NCBI GenBank assembly: GCA_048937405.1 | Contig: JBHLNF010000002.1 | Span: 480,001-544,000, forward strand | Source of the DNA: Promethearchaeota archaeon | GTDB taxonomy: Archaea > Asgardarchaeota > Lokiarchaeia > Sigyniarchaeales > SOKP01 | Length of the DNA stretch: 64,000 nt | Direction: 5' to 3' | Shown here: positions 29,956 to 41,335 of the stretch, piece after piece | Numbering within the stretch: position 1 is the first letter of the stretch | Layout of the letters: the number at the start of each line of letters is the position of its first letter | Notes under the pieces: generated by a model | Databases searched by the model: none | Told to the model about the DNA's origin: nothing | The model's input: the letters and a program-made list of their open reading frames with translations, nothing else | Program-made: the position numbers and the translations under genes

Positions 29956-32900
29956 TAGTCAGCACCTCCTTTAAATTCTTCTTTTACTTCAGGTAATTTC
30001 ATCTTCTTTTTCTCTTTGACTCCCATAATATCCTCCAAAGATAATCCAATCGAATCCCATTTATCTCCTAGTTTCTTCACTATAAATTCTTCTTTTGAAG
30101 GATAAAGTAAGGAATCGGATATAATTTTATTTCCCTTAATGCTTTTCTTCATTGATCTCGACTTCTTGACAAATGTAGGGATTCTCCGTTGCTGAACTAT
30201 ACGATATGCAGTAAGACTTCCCGCAACAGCTATTATTGATCCTATAATCATTACAAAATAGAATGTTGGGAAACCAAATATTTCTTGCATATTAACTACT
30301 ATAGTAATAGTTGAAGATTTGGTCTCAAAGTATTGCTTTTCGATTGTTAGTGTAGCTGTAAATGTTTCAGGCACAAAGAATGGATTAGAAATTGCAGGTA
30401 TATTAACTATATAAGAACCATCACCATTATCAGTAAAAACATAAGTTTCATCTCCAAGTGTTAAATAAACGCTTGCTCCTGTAATTGGTGCCGAATTATT
30501 ATTGGGATCTGTAAGATCTATTGAAAATTGTAATGTTTTTCCTGCATCTATTTCAATCTTAGAATCTAAAAGTAACTCAGGCCAACCAATATCTATAATT
30601 CTTTCCAAAATCGTTAAAGAAACTATCGCAATTCTGTATTCATAATTTTTTTTAGCAAGTGTAACTATCACAGAATATTCTCCATCGTGTCGTAATTCTG
30701 TATCAAGATCTAACACGAATTCATTGCCTATTGGGATTAGTGAACCTATTTCTGAAGTGCCTTGAATTGGATCACCATTTTCATCCAATTCTTGCATTAT
30801 ATAACTCATTTCATCTAAATTTGAGATTGGACTATTCCTCAAAACATCTGTATAATCAAAAGAAAAATTAAGTTCTTCAAAGATATAAATTGATTCAGAA
30901 ACATACACTATTCCTGTCGAGTCTTCCGTACTGGTTGGTCTAGTTAATATAGTTATGAAAAAATCAAAATTTACAATTTCGGTATAGTTCTCACGTCTAG
31001 CAGTAAATTCTAAATGATATGTACCAACATTCTCTACTACTGAAGTATCAAGTTCTAATATATAATATTCAGAATTTATTGGATCTGGGCTTAAAGTACC
31101 TGAACCATAGTCCCAATCATAAGTGAAAGATTCTGGAGTTAAAGAATTATTATTGCTTGCATCATAGTATTTTAAGGTTATATTTATTAATTCATCATAA
31201 TATTCTGAAATTGAATTACTTTCTAACTCATCTAATGTTTCATAATCATGTATGCTCATTCCTGTTGGTCTTGAATTTATTGTGATTTCAGCAAATATAG
31301 GGATAGGATCAACATATCCTAGTTTACTTCCAGTTATTTCAACCGAATATATTTCATAATTATTTCCAGCTGAGAACTCATATGAAGGAATTGTCACTGT
31401 AAAAACTCCATCAGTAACAAAATTCATATCATAAGATTTAATTCCCCCTATTGTACAAATTATTTCATCAGGATCATCTAGACCTACCCAGTTAGCCCCA
31501 ACTCCAGCTTTAATCGTAAAATTAACAGAGAAGGTCATGTCGCTTCCCCAAATTACAGCAGTATCTCCTGAATAATCAATAAACATTGATTGGTAATCAT
31601 CGATATTTATTAGTAACTTAAATACAAGTGAAGTATTGAATCTTAAAGAATAATTGTAGTGATTAACTAAACTTGGAGATGGATCATATTGATCTGTTTT
31701 ATTTACTAAAAAGTTTTTATCACTACCACCATAGAAGTTTAAACTAAAAGTGTAGTTTTCTGTTGGATTTCTTACATACCAGAAATCTGATTCGGAATTG
31801 ATCTGTCCATGAGCATATCCTTCACTATCTGTAATCAAGTTTGTAATTGAATCTCCAGTAGAATTCTTAACTTTAACGATACAAGATTGGACAGGTATAA
31901 TTTCATCGCTTGTATCAATTACTCGAATCTGTAATTTAGCCATTGAAGTTTTATTATATATATTGCATGTTTCAACGGTCTCTACTAAAATTGTACCATT
32001 ACATTGAGTAAGAGTTGTACTATTAAAACCCCGAACGTCAATCAACAATCCATATGCTTGGAAATTATCATTTATTAAATTAATGCTTTCTTCAGGTGTA
32101 TCACGTATATTAATCGAGATAAAATCTTCCTGTCCTCCAGAATATGAATCATTAAAATAGATAAGACTGTTATCATCCCAATTTCCATCTTCATCCAAAT
32201 AATATATTTTTACAGTATCGAGAAAATCCGTCATTTTTTCTATTGTTATATTAGCTTGAAGCAGTCTTTTATTACTAACGTCTGTGGTTGAGCCATTTGT
32301 GTATATATATTCAATAACCCTATATTCTGATCCCGGAGGATTCATTATATTAGATTGATTCACTAATATTATATGGTTATAGTATTTTTCATTTAAAGCA
32401 TCATAAGTATCTCTATAAACATAACTTTCATTCAAGTGAATAGGAATAGTACTATTATAATCTTCGTTATCATAGGATATGTTATAGTAATATTGAGATT
32501 GATTTTTCCAAACAAAAGTTCCTTTTCCATCGATGAGTCTTATATGATCTATAACGGGATTCGTTGGGGAGTCACTTACGTTAACATAGGAATACCCTAA
32601 TGGATTATTATCCCAATCAACTATTTCAAAGTCAATAGTCCACAAATTAACATAGACATCCATTTCGTTTCTAATATATGTAAATGTATACATATCAGCA
32701 TCAGGTGTTCCGAAATTCTCCTCTGTACTATTGTAAGCAAGATATTCCATTCCAGAGCTGGTATCATTGTATTTTACAGTAATATTATATGTACCTGCAG
32801 GAACTTTTTTAAAAGTTACAGAACCATCATCTCCAGTTTTTCCAGTAGTATAAACTTCAGGTACAGACATATTGACTAATGATAAGTATGCATTAGGTAC

Positions 32901-34133
32901 AAATCTTCCATCTACATCATACACAGTTAGTACCAAATTTTCAATAATTCCTTTATATTGTTCTTCATTTAATTCTGCAGGAATCGCTGATAAATTATAG
33001 ATTGACTCAACATCATAAGTAGAGAGACCATATTGGAAAATCCTTACATCATCTATTTCTCCATTCCAATGGTAATTATCATTAATTGGCCAACTTGATA
33101 TCTGAAATCGTCTACTTGTTGATGTAGGATTATTATAAAATGCGGTTCCAGCTAACTGACCATCAATCCAAAATTTTGAGGTTTGAATACTTCCACCAAT
33201 ATTTTCCCATACATAGTGGTGCCATTCGCCATCAGTTGGATATGGTACTCTTTGGGATAACTCATCATAATATGGATTTCCACTCCCATCACCTCTATTA
33301 TTATATATAAAACCTCCAGAATGATATGGGTCCATATCTGTTCCACTGTTTCTATCTATCGACCAAGGCATTTGACCAGATCCTCCACCTTTTGTCCAAC
33401 CTGCTACGATTAAGGTATCTCCACAATAAAATCCATCAAAGTGAATGTGATCATCCTGAACATTTCCATCAAGATCAACTGAACCCCCTACCTTCCCATC
33501 AGTGACGTATGTTGGAGTATTTTGAAAATCACCATTTATATTACCGATTGAATCTTCAGCTTCATAAGGTCCTGGCATATCCTCATCTAATCTCCACCAG
33601 TTTGTTCCAAAACGACTATTTTTATTATAATATGCAGTAGCCATTCCTACGGTATCATTTCCATAATACATATATGTATCAAGTTCTAGACTTGAAGCGC
33701 TAAGATTTGTTTCAAACCAAACAGTTGCTAAACTTGCATTTGGATAATCTATTTGAATGATGTAATTTCTAATAGTGTTGTTTTCTATTATTCTTACATC
33801 CTTTAAGGTGCTATTCATCTTTCCGGCATTAACATAATCTGAATAATTGAACGTTATTGATACAATGGTGTCTACTAAATCTACAGCATGTGGATTAGTA
33901 ATATTTATTAATCGTCTATACGTAAAAGAACTATTCCACCAAGCATCTTCACCAAGAGCAGCATTTTTTAATGTTGATTTAAGATTGGTTTTGTCATTAG
34001 ATTTACTAACATCATTAATATTTTCTGAATTAATAGAATTTTGAGGAAATAGTGTTAATCCCGAACTTATCAAAAAAATCAACAGTAATGAAATTGAAAA
34101 TACCATTCGCGATTTTTTATTTTTTGTTTTCAT
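29955..34133 (-). CDS. Giant membrane-anchored surface protein (DUF2341-like, LamG/ConA-like, Ig-like stalk, TM, basic tail), copy 1
   Basis: N-terminal hydrophobic signal, WWNSSFTYRRLINI...YMYYGN, WRLDE...WHHY...GEIDDVRIF, many NxS/T sequons, C-terminal TM. Confidence 0.8.
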   Translation of the reverse strand: MKTKNKKSRMVFSISLLLIFLISSGLTLFPQNSINSENINDVSKSNDKTNLKSTLKNAALGEDAWWNSSFTYRRLINITNPHAVDLVDTIVSITFNYSDYVNAGKMNSTLKDVRIIENNTIRNYIIQIDYPNASLATVWFETNLSASSLELDTYMYYGNDTVGMATAYYNKNSRFGTNWWRLDEDMPGPYEAEDSIGNINGDFQNTPTYVTDGKVGGSVDLDGNVQDDHIHFDGFYCGDTLIVAGWTKGGGSGQMPWSIDRNSGTDMDPYHSGGFIYNNRGDGSGNPYYDELSQRVPYPTDGEWHHYVWENIGGSIQTSKFWIDGQLAGTAFYNNPTSTSRRFQISSWPINDNYHWNGEIDDVRIFQYGLSTYDVESIYNLSAIPAELNEEQYKGIIENLVLTVYDVDGRFVPNAYLSLVNMSVPEVYTTGKTGDDGSVTFKKVPAGTYNITVKYNDTSSGMEYLAYNSTEENFGTPDADMYTFTYIRNEMDVYVNLWTIDFEIVDWDNNPLGYSYVNVSDSPTNPVIDHIRLIDGKGTFVWKNQSQYYYNISYDNEDYNSTIPIHLNESYVYRDTYDALNEKYYNHIILVNQSNIMNPPGSEYRVIEYIYTNGSTTDVSNKRLLQANITIEKMTDFLDTVKIYYLDEDGNWDDNSLIYFNDSYSGGQEDFISINIRDTPEESINLINDNFQAYGLLIDVRGFNSTTLTQCNGTILVETVETCNIYNKTSMAKLQIRVIDTSDEIIPVQSCIVKVKNSTGDSITNLITDSEGYAHGQINSESDFWYVRNPTENYTFSLNFYGGSDKNFLVNKTDQYDPSPSLVNHYNYSLRFNTSLVFKLLINIDDYQSMFIDYSGDTAVIWGSDMTFSVNFTIKAGVGANWVGLDDPDEIICTIGGIKSYDMNFVTDGVFTVTIPSYEFSAGNNYEIYSVEITGSKLGYVDPIPIFAEITINSRPTGMSIHDYETLDELESNSISEYYDELINITLKYYDASNNNSLTPESFTYDWDYGSGTLSPDPINSEYYILELDTSVVENVGTYHLEFTARRENYTEIVNFDFFITILTRPTSTEDSTGIVYVSESIYIFEELNFSFDYTDVLRNSPISNLDEMSYIMQELDENGDPIQGTSEIGSLIPIGNEFVLDLDTELRHDGEYSVIVTLAKKNYEYRIAIVSLTILERIIDIGWPELLLDSKIEIDAGKTLQFSIDLTDPNNNSAPITGASVYLTLGDETYVFTDNGDGSYIVNIPAISNPFFVPETFTATLTIEKQYFETKSSTITIVVNMQEIFGFPTFYFVMIIGSIIAVAGSLTAYRIVQQRRIPTFVKKSRSMKKSIKGNKIISDSLLYPSKEEFIVKKLGDKWDSIGLSLEDIMGVKEKKKMKLPEVKEEFKGGAD

Positions 34134-34638
34134 TTTTACTTGCCAATTTTATTAAATTTTTTTTTAAAATACTTAATAACAAAGATATTTGTTATCATTA
34201 AATATGCAAATTGTATTATTTAACTTTTTATTTTTCAGCTCTACTTATAAAAAATACATAATTTGTGTCAATAAAAATCAGATTAGAAACAAAAAACCAT
34301 TAATAGAATTTCTTGTTATTGACTTATGGCTTAGATGGAAAGTGCTATATTCTTAAAAATTATAATATAAAATAAATTGTTAAATTCTCATAACTGAATA
34401 ATTATATAAAAATATATTCATAACTGTTTTGGGCAATTATCTAATTTACTGATTTCAGATTTAAAATAATTAAATAATTCTTTTTATAATTACTCATGTT
34501 TAATTTTTTCTAAAAATTTAAATATTTTGATTAAGATCGAAGATTCAAAGAAGAATATCAAAGAAAGGTTTTTATTCTTAAAAAAGAATTTTTAATCTTT
34601 TTTAGTATTATATTTTCATTAGATTTAGGCAGAAAATC

Positions 34639-35679
34639 ATGTTGAGGCAAGTTTATATTTTAAAAGATGAAAAGGTTATCTACAATAAAAATTTTGGAAA
34701 AGCTGTACCCTCAGAGGATTTTAATAAACTCTATCAAGAGATTATTGATGCTTCTTCCAAAGGGACTGGAATAGAACTTAATAGTTATGACTATATTCAA
34801 TATAAAATAGTATTTTCATTAGTTCAGGACTCAGGATTAATGTTTATGTTTATAACTGATCTGAATGATAATCTAAGACAAACAAAAAAGGAATTAACAA
34901 CATTAGAGAAGGAATTTTTAGAAACATTTGGTGAAAATATGGAAAATTTGGATCCTTCTCTTTTGGAGTTGCTCGATCCTATATTGGATTCGATTCATAG
35001 AAATCTTAAAACAAAGATTTCTTTAGTTGGATTTTCTGGAGTGGGAAAAACAACAACAACAACACTAATATGTGCTACTGAGATTCCTTCTGTACATATT
35101 CCTACTATTACTGGTAAAATTTCAACAGTAAAAATTGGTAAATTATATTTTCATTTATGGGATTTTGCTGGACAAGAGCAATTTAGTTATTTATGGAATG
35201 ATTTTATTTTAGGCAGTGATGCAGTTCTCGTAATAACTGATTCCACATTAGAAAACGTGGAGAAGAGCAAGTTTTTCATTGAATTGATAAAAGAGCATGC
35301 TCCTTATGCTCATACAGCAATAATTGGAAATAAACAAGACTTACCTGACGCATTAAATGTCGAAAAAATTCAAGAGATAATCGGATTAAAAACATATTCT
35401 ATGGTAGCTATTGACCCAAATAATCGAGATAAAATGATCCAAATAATTGCAGATATCTTAGAGATAAGCACTGATGCTTCTCCCTTATTAAAACCTTTAT
35501 TTGAAAGGGATCAACTAATCCAGCAAGCAAAAATCAGTTTAGAAAATGGAGATATTTCTAAGACTGCAGAATATTTCGAAAGATTATCTGATTTATGCCT
35601 TGAATTAGGAGATGATATTCTTTATAAGGAATTTTATGAAAAAGCTAAGAAATTGAAAGGATACTTAACCAATCAGTAA
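34639..35679 (+). CDS. Small GTPase with N-terminal longin-like and C-terminal helical domain
   Basis: GFSGVGKT, WDFAGQE, NKQD. Confidence 0.9.
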   Translation: MLRQVYILKDEKVIYNKNFGKAVPSEDFNKLYQEIIDASSKGTGIELNSYDYIQYKIVFSLVQDSGLMFMFITDLNDNLRQTKKELTTLEKEFLETFGENMENLDPSLLELLDPILDSIHRNLKTKISLVGFSGVGKTTTTTLICATEIPSVHIPTITGKISTVKIGKLYFHLWDFAGQEQFSYLWNDFILGSDAVLVITDSTLENVEKSKFFIELIKEHAPYAHTAIIGNKQDLPDALNVEKIQEIIGLKTYSMVAIDPNNRDKMIQIIADILEISTDASPLLKPLFERDQLIQQAKISLENGDISKTAEYFERLSDLCLELGDDILYKEFYEKAKKLKGYLTNQ

Positions 35680-35738
35680 ACTCTAAAATAATGATTTTTC
35701 TTTCAATTATCAAATAAAAAATATTAAAAAAAAATATA

Positions 35739-36848
35739 TTATTCTTTTTCTATTTCAGCTGTTAATTTCATAGATCGATAGTTATCATCAAGAACGTTTA
35801 GATATTCAATCAAAACAGCCTCTGATTTTGACTTTACACCATATTGATAAATTATTGTGTTTAACATATATTTAGGATAAATTAATGAATTAAAAAAATC
35901 AGTAAGTAACGCATAATACTCATTTCCTTTAGTATCTTGAAAAACATGAATCATCTGATTATCCCACAATACCTTCAAACCACCATCTATATCATCTACA
36001 CCTTTTTTTCTGAGTTTCTCTAATACATTCTTTGTTACTATTGAAATTCTTAATAGCTTTAAAATTTCATAGATCTGGGGATCTGCAATTATTTCATCTA
36101 AAACCTTGAGATTATCTTCCTCAGTTGGTTGATAATTTTGAAAATAATTTTTAACAGCAACTTTATACTCTTCAATAAATTTTTCAGGAAGTCCACGTTC
36201 TACTGGATTTTTGAGCAATTTGATTGGAGGTCTTCTAATCATAAAAAGATCATTGATTAAAAATATCAATTCCGAAGGCATTCCTTTTACCGATGTTTCT
36301 TTAATGATTTCTTTTTTAATTAATTCAGTTAAAATAGCATCTACATCAAAAAATCCTTCTCTATATTTATCTTTTAACCATATTTTCAATTCAGATTTCG
36401 TTATCACACCTTCCTCTCTAAGCCTATTAATAATTAGCCGGTTTACACCATCCAAATACGTGACAGCAAGATTTTGTTCTTCATTTAAATTAGGATAAGT
36501 CGATAATCTCTGGAATAAGAAGGGGATCATTTCTAAATATGCATTATCACTGTAATTTTGGAAAATTACCCGTGAAATATCTGATAATCCCCCTTCAAAA
36601 GAATCAGCATCTTCGTCTAAATTTAGGAGTAAAATAATATAAAGAGGTTTCTCTCGACCTGTATAATATGAAGCAATATTTAGCGGGCCTACTAATAAAC
36701 TGATCATCCCTGGTTCCCCTGTATATTCATGCGCTGCATAGATTTGCATCAAAGTTTCATCACTAATAATCAGTTCTTCAGGATATTTTGCAAGAATCTC
36801 AGTACTAACTTTAATATCCCATCTCATAATAACTAATCCAATTGGCAT
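35739..36848 (-). CDS. Longin/uDENN-like cytoplasmic protein, copy 2
   Basis: Closely paralogous to 28828-29955 (e.g. LNIASYYTG, KETSVKGMPSELIFLI, EKLRKKGVDD). Confidence 0.65.
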   Translation of the reverse strand: MPIGLVIMRWDIKVSTEILAKYPEELIISDETLMQIYAAHEYTGEPGMISLLVGPLNIASYYTGREKPLYIILLLNLDEDADSFEGGLSDISRVIFQNYSDNAYLEMIPFLFQRLSTYPNLNEEQNLAVTYLDGVNRLIINRLREEGVITKSELKIWLKDKYREGFFDVDAILTELIKKEIIKETSVKGMPSELIFLINDLFMIRRPPIKLLKNPVERGLPEKFIEEYKVAVKNYFQNYQPTEEDNLKVLDEIIADPQIYEILKLLRISIVTKNVLEKLRKKGVDDIDGGLKVLWDNQMIHVFQDTKGNEYYALLTDFFNSLIYPKYMLNTIIYQYGVKSKSEAVLIEYLNVLDDNYRSMKLTAEIEKE

Positions 36849-39800
36849 TATTCAATGTCACCTCTTTGTTCTTTTAACTTATCTTTTATTGGTAATTTCT
36901 TTTTTAATTCTTCAATTCCTAAAGATTTCTCAATTGATAAATCAATTTGTTTCCAATCATCACCGAATAGTTTTGCTATCATCTCTGCTTTAGATGGAAC
37001 AGATATTATTTCGGTAATTTTCTTTTTCGATTTAATTAATCCTTTAACTTTTCTGATCTTTTTGACATGTTTAGGGATTCTGGCCTGTTGTATAACTCTA
37101 TATGCTACTAAACTTCCTAATATACCGATTATTGATGCAGTGATCAATATAAAGTAGAATGATGGCATTCCAGGAAAAATTTCCTCCATATTTACGGTAA
37201 TTGTAACTGTGATTTCTTGTCTAGTGAAGTTATCAGCCTCAATGTAAATTTTACCTACAAAGGTTCGTTCACTTAAAAAAGTATCAATATTACTAGTTAT
37301 TAATGTTAAAGTGTATAAGCCTGCAGTAGTATCAGATGGATCAAAAGTATGATTAACTCCTCTAAAAGCAAATTTAATTGTGGCGCCTTCTAATTCTATA
37401 TCTCTGGTAGTATCCCATAAACTTATCTCAAAATCAACATCAGTTCCATGTTCGATCTGGATTTGGTTATTGCTTCCTAATTGAAGGCTCTCAATTGTTG
37501 GTTCAAAATTCCTTAACATAATTTCTAAATTAATGAGAGCAGATTTTGCTTTGTAGTTTTGTTTTTGAAGTGTAACATATAAGTAATAATAACCAACAGA
37601 TCTTATTTCAGTCTTAAAATCTAAAATAAGAGTATTATTATTATTTTGGAAAAGTGTTCCAGAACCATGTATTCCAGGAATTCTTGTACCGTTTGCATAT
37701 AATTCTTCCCAAGTATATGTGGCAGTTGTTAAATTACCAATATAAGCTTCTGTAATTTCGTCTTGGTAAAAAAATTCGAAAGGATTAGGATCTTCAACCC
37801 ATACTTTGGAATTAATATAGACTAAATCAGTTTCACCATTAAGAGTTGTTATTCTCTCGTTGATATTTAGAGATGTATATAATGTCTGAGATGTATGATT
37901 TTCATTCTTTGCTATAATTTCAATTGATTTTGTACCCCATACTTCTGCAATTGTAGTATTTATTGTTGCTGTATAATACCCATCATTGATTGGATCTTCG
38001 AAGAATTGAATAGGATCTAAATTCAACCATTCATAAGTTAATACTGCGCCTTTTAATGGTGCTTCTGTAAATGAATTATAATATTTTACGGTTAAATTAA
38101 CCATTTCGCCAAATATTTGAGAAAAATTAGTAATTTCTGTTAAATTATTATAATAATCGTGCATAGTTATATTAGTTGGAATAGTATCTATGAAAATTGA
38201 GTCACTTAAATTAGTTGGAGGTGAATATCCAACTTTATTTCCAGAGATAATAATGCTGTAGAGTCTACCTCTTTCACCAGCTGATAATTGAGCAGAATCA
38301 AATGTATAATCAAATATTCCATTTTCTTGTGGATTCATTTCAAGTTCTAATACAACATGACTTCCTGGTCCAGTTGTTTTAATAGTACAAAATACATTTG
38401 CGGGAAGAGTAACAGGTTCTGAGGTATCCCACCCATCTTCTGTTAATGAGAAGTTTACCTGAATTGTAATATCTTGATCCCATATTACCGTTTCTTGAGT
38501 GATTAAGTCTTTAAACTTAGTTTGATAATCACTTGCATTTATATCTACACCTAGAAATATTTCAAAAATAAGCTCTGTTGAATTTTTTAAAGTATAATTA
38601 TAAAAAGGAATATTTACACCTTGCTGGAATGTTTGATCTGATTTATTTACTATTAAATTCTTATGCGATCCAAAAAATACTAATGAAAAATTATATTCGA
38701 AACCTCTTAAATACCAAAGTGGTAGCTCTGTATTTATTTGTCCATATGCATATCCAGTAAAGTCTCTTGTTAATAAATCGTTAGTTACATTAAACAATCC
38801 ATCTCTATTTGTACTATTTACTTTTATAAGGCAACCAGAAACACCTGCACCAACAGCATCAATAATTTTAATATTCAGTTTACATAAATCCGTAACATTG
38901 TAAATATTACAAGTTTCATTAAAACTAACATTGATTTTACCCCAAACGTTTGATGAATTTATACCTGTAGTAACAATTTTCAAGCCATAAACCTCATACT
39001 TATCTCCAGCTAAACTACTAGGCTTTTCGGGAGGTGCTCTCATATCTATCTGTATACGATACAGATCTTCTCCTGCTGTGTTATTATAATAAACTCGATA
39101 ATTATCATTGGTATAATTATTTTTATCTATATAATAAACTGAGATAGAACTTATTGTTGTTGAGCCTCTTGGAGCTGTAACATTTATTTCAGCTGAAATT
39201 ATCTTTTTATTTCCAAGTTCAGTACGTGATCCATTCGTATAAAATAACTCATCAACAGTAAATGTAGAAGGGGATGCAGACCAAGGAATCGTTTCATTTA
39301 AAGATACAGACTTTTGCTGAATCTTATCACCGATTATATCATAATTAGCCCTTGTTATCCAACTCTCATTTAGCGCAGTAGGGTTCAAGTTATAATCGGG
39401 GTTATCATAAAATACTTTATAGTAATATTTATCTTTATTTATCCAGCGAAACGTAGCTTTTCCATCTGAGTTAAGGGTTAAATTATCTAGAAATCCACCC
39501 CCTTTAGTATAGTTAACTTCAATGTATCCATAGTTTAAGGGTTCCTTTCCATAATCAACTATCTCAAAATCAATAGTCCATAAATCCACCTTGACGTCAA
39601 AACTATGAATAGATTTGTAAATTTTGAAATCACTTCCTCCCCCCTCGCTACTATTATACACTACAGTTTCATTTCCGGTGTATTCTATTGTATAATTTAC
39701 CACAATATCATAAGTTTTATAATCAACATCCGTAAAGACTGCACTTCCCTCATCTGTGGAAGTGTTTTGTGTATCAATTATGGGGTCTGGTAATGAATAA

Positions 39801-41155
39801 TTCACCAAAGAGACTTCTGCATTAGGAACGATTCTTCCATCAATATCTTTAACTATTACAGTAACTTCTGATCTTCTTTCTTCAATATCTGAATCTAAAT
39901 CTACCTGTAAAGTATAGTTGAACCTTACATCATCTACTTGACCAAATGCACTAAATGCTGCAAATTCATCAGTATGGGTATAAATCCCAAATTCCAAAAA
40001 AACTGTTAAGCCTTCATAATCTGATAGGTCGATATTAATATAACCTGTTAATCCTGGAGAAATTGCTGCTGTATCAACTGATGGAGTCCCAGAAGGATGA
40101 ACTCCTGCCCAAGTTGGTAGATCGGAAACTTTCGTCCCCTCGCCAAGGCTGTCCCACAATTCTACATTAAAAAGTTCTTCATGTAAATTCACATTTTCAC
40201 TGTAAGTTGTAGCAATTCGAACAAAGTATCCAAAAACTTTTGATTTAGAAGAATCATACATCCTGATATTACGCCAAGCATTTATACCCATACGACCACC
40301 GGTAACTTTTGGTACCTTAAACGGATAACTAAATAAAGTTCCTACTATATCATCTCCTATACCCCCACTTGAGACATCGTGAGAAATATCACCCCATTTA
40401 AATGCATAAGACCCTTGCTCCACATGTTCTTGGGCTATAAGGGAATTAGATAAATTGTGTTGATAATAATCAGGTGTCATAGATGTTGGAGTATATGGCA
40501 CATTAAGGTCATCTGGAACATCATCCGCATAATACCAACCAAATGTATTATTAATTTTAGTACCAGTTACAATATCTTGTTCAAAATTACCATTTCTTAT
40601 CCATCCGAAATTATCAGCAGCCGAAGCTGAAGATTCATTCATGAAATAGGTTGTATCAATCTCAACTTCATCATTACCATAATATAAATAGGTGTCATAT
40701 TCTGTTGAACTAGCTGATATATTTGTATCAAACCAGACTGTTGCTATATTTGGTGAGGGATAATTCTTTTGAAAATAATATTTTCTTATATGTGGATTAT
40801 TAGCAGAGTCGTATTCAATGATTCTTATGTCTTTTAAACTTTTATTCATTCTGCCATCACTTACATAAGTATTATAAATAAATGAGATACTAACGCTATA
40901 GTTCTCAAAATCTACAGAATAAGGATTTGTAATATTAATAACTTGTCTAGATCGAAATGTTGTATTCCACCATGGGTGAGTGCCTGATAGCTTAATATTT
41001 AGATTGTTACCATCTTCAACTTCATTCAGTTCTTTTGTTTTAGATAAAGAATTTGAAATGTTTATTAAACAAATCGCATAAACGCTAGTAAACAACACAA
41101 TTGAAATTAATGAAATTACTTTTAATCGTTGTTTTATTGGTATTATATTATTCAT
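36848..41155 (-). CDS. Giant membrane-anchored surface protein, copy 2
   Basis: Collinear with 29955-34133 (INITNP, DGRIVPNA, LWTIDFEIVD, TCNIYN, TM and tail) but with a different head domain. Confidence 0.8.
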   Translation of the reverse strand: MNNIIPIKQRLKVISLISIVLFTSVYAICLINISNSLSKTKELNEVEDGNNLNIKLSGTHPWWNTTFRSRQVINITNPYSVDFENYSVSISFIYNTYVSDGRMNKSLKDIRIIEYDSANNPHIRKYYFQKNYPSPNIATVWFDTNISASSTEYDTYLYYGNDEVEIDTTYFMNESSASAADNFGWIRNGNFEQDIVTGTKINNTFGWYYADDVPDDLNVPYTPTSMTPDYYQHNLSNSLIAQEHVEQGSYAFKWGDISHDVSSGGIGDDIVGTLFSYPFKVPKVTGGRMGINAWRNIRMYDSSKSKVFGYFVRIATTYSENVNLHEELFNVELWDSLGEGTKVSDLPTWAGVHPSGTPSVDTAAISPGLTGYINIDLSDYEGLTVFLEFGIYTHTDEFAAFSAFGQVDDVRFNYTLQVDLDSDIEERRSEVTVIVKDIDGRIVPNAEVSLVNYSLPDPIIDTQNTSTDEGSAVFTDVDYKTYDIVVNYTIEYTGNETVVYNSSEGGGSDFKIYKSIHSFDVKVDLWTIDFEIVDYGKEPLNYGYIEVNYTKGGGFLDNLTLNSDGKATFRWINKDKYYYKVFYDNPDYNLNPTALNESWITRANYDIIGDKIQQKSVSLNETIPWSASPSTFTVDELFYTNGSRTELGNKKIISAEINVTAPRGSTTISSISVYYIDKNNYTNDNYRVYYNNTAGEDLYRIQIDMRAPPEKPSSLAGDKYEVYGLKIVTTGINSSNVWGKINVSFNETCNIYNVTDLCKLNIKIIDAVGAGVSGCLIKVNSTNRDGLFNVTNDLLTRDFTGYAYGQINTELPLWYLRGFEYNFSLVFFGSHKNLIVNKSDQTFQQGVNIPFYNYTLKNSTELIFEIFLGVDINASDYQTKFKDLITQETVIWDQDITIQVNFSLTEDGWDTSEPVTLPANVFCTIKTTGPGSHVVLELEMNPQENGIFDYTFDSAQLSAGERGRLYSIIISGNKVGYSPPTNLSDSIFIDTIPTNITMHDYYNNLTEITNFSQIFGEMVNLTVKYYNSFTEAPLKGAVLTYEWLNLDPIQFFEDPINDGYYTATINTTIAEVWGTKSIEIIAKNENHTSQTLYTSLNINERITTLNGETDLVYINSKVWVEDPNPFEFFYQDEITEAYIGNLTTATYTWEELYANGTRIPGIHGSGTLFQNNNNTLILDFKTEIRSVGYYYLYVTLQKQNYKAKSALINLEIMLRNFEPTIESLQLGSNNQIQIEHGTDVDFEISLWDTTRDIELEGATIKFAFRGVNHTFDPSDTTAGLYTLTLITSNIDTFLSERTFVGKIYIEADNFTRQEITVTITVNMEEIFPGMPSFYFILITASIIGILGSLVAYRVIQQARIPKHVKKIRKVKGLIKSKKKITEIISVPSKAEMIAKLFGDDWKQIDLSIEKSLGIEELKKKLPIKDKLKEQRGDIE

Positions 41156-41335
41156 GAATCATCATTTTGATTTTATTAAATTTTTTAGTATTATCGATAT
41201 TTTTGATTTAATTTTTTTGGAAAAAAATGTTAAAAATAAGAAAAAAGAAGTTAAATATAATACTTTGTTTATCATTAAATTCTTATTATAAAACTTATCA
41301 AGGAGTTCCAATTCTTTAAGAGATAATTTTAGTTT

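Noticed and set aside
2113-34275. Identical 14-mer TTTGTGTCAATAAA at 2113 and 34262, both intergenic
   Set aside because: Matches of this length are expected by chance in a 64-kb AT-rich sequence, and it is not a clear palindrome
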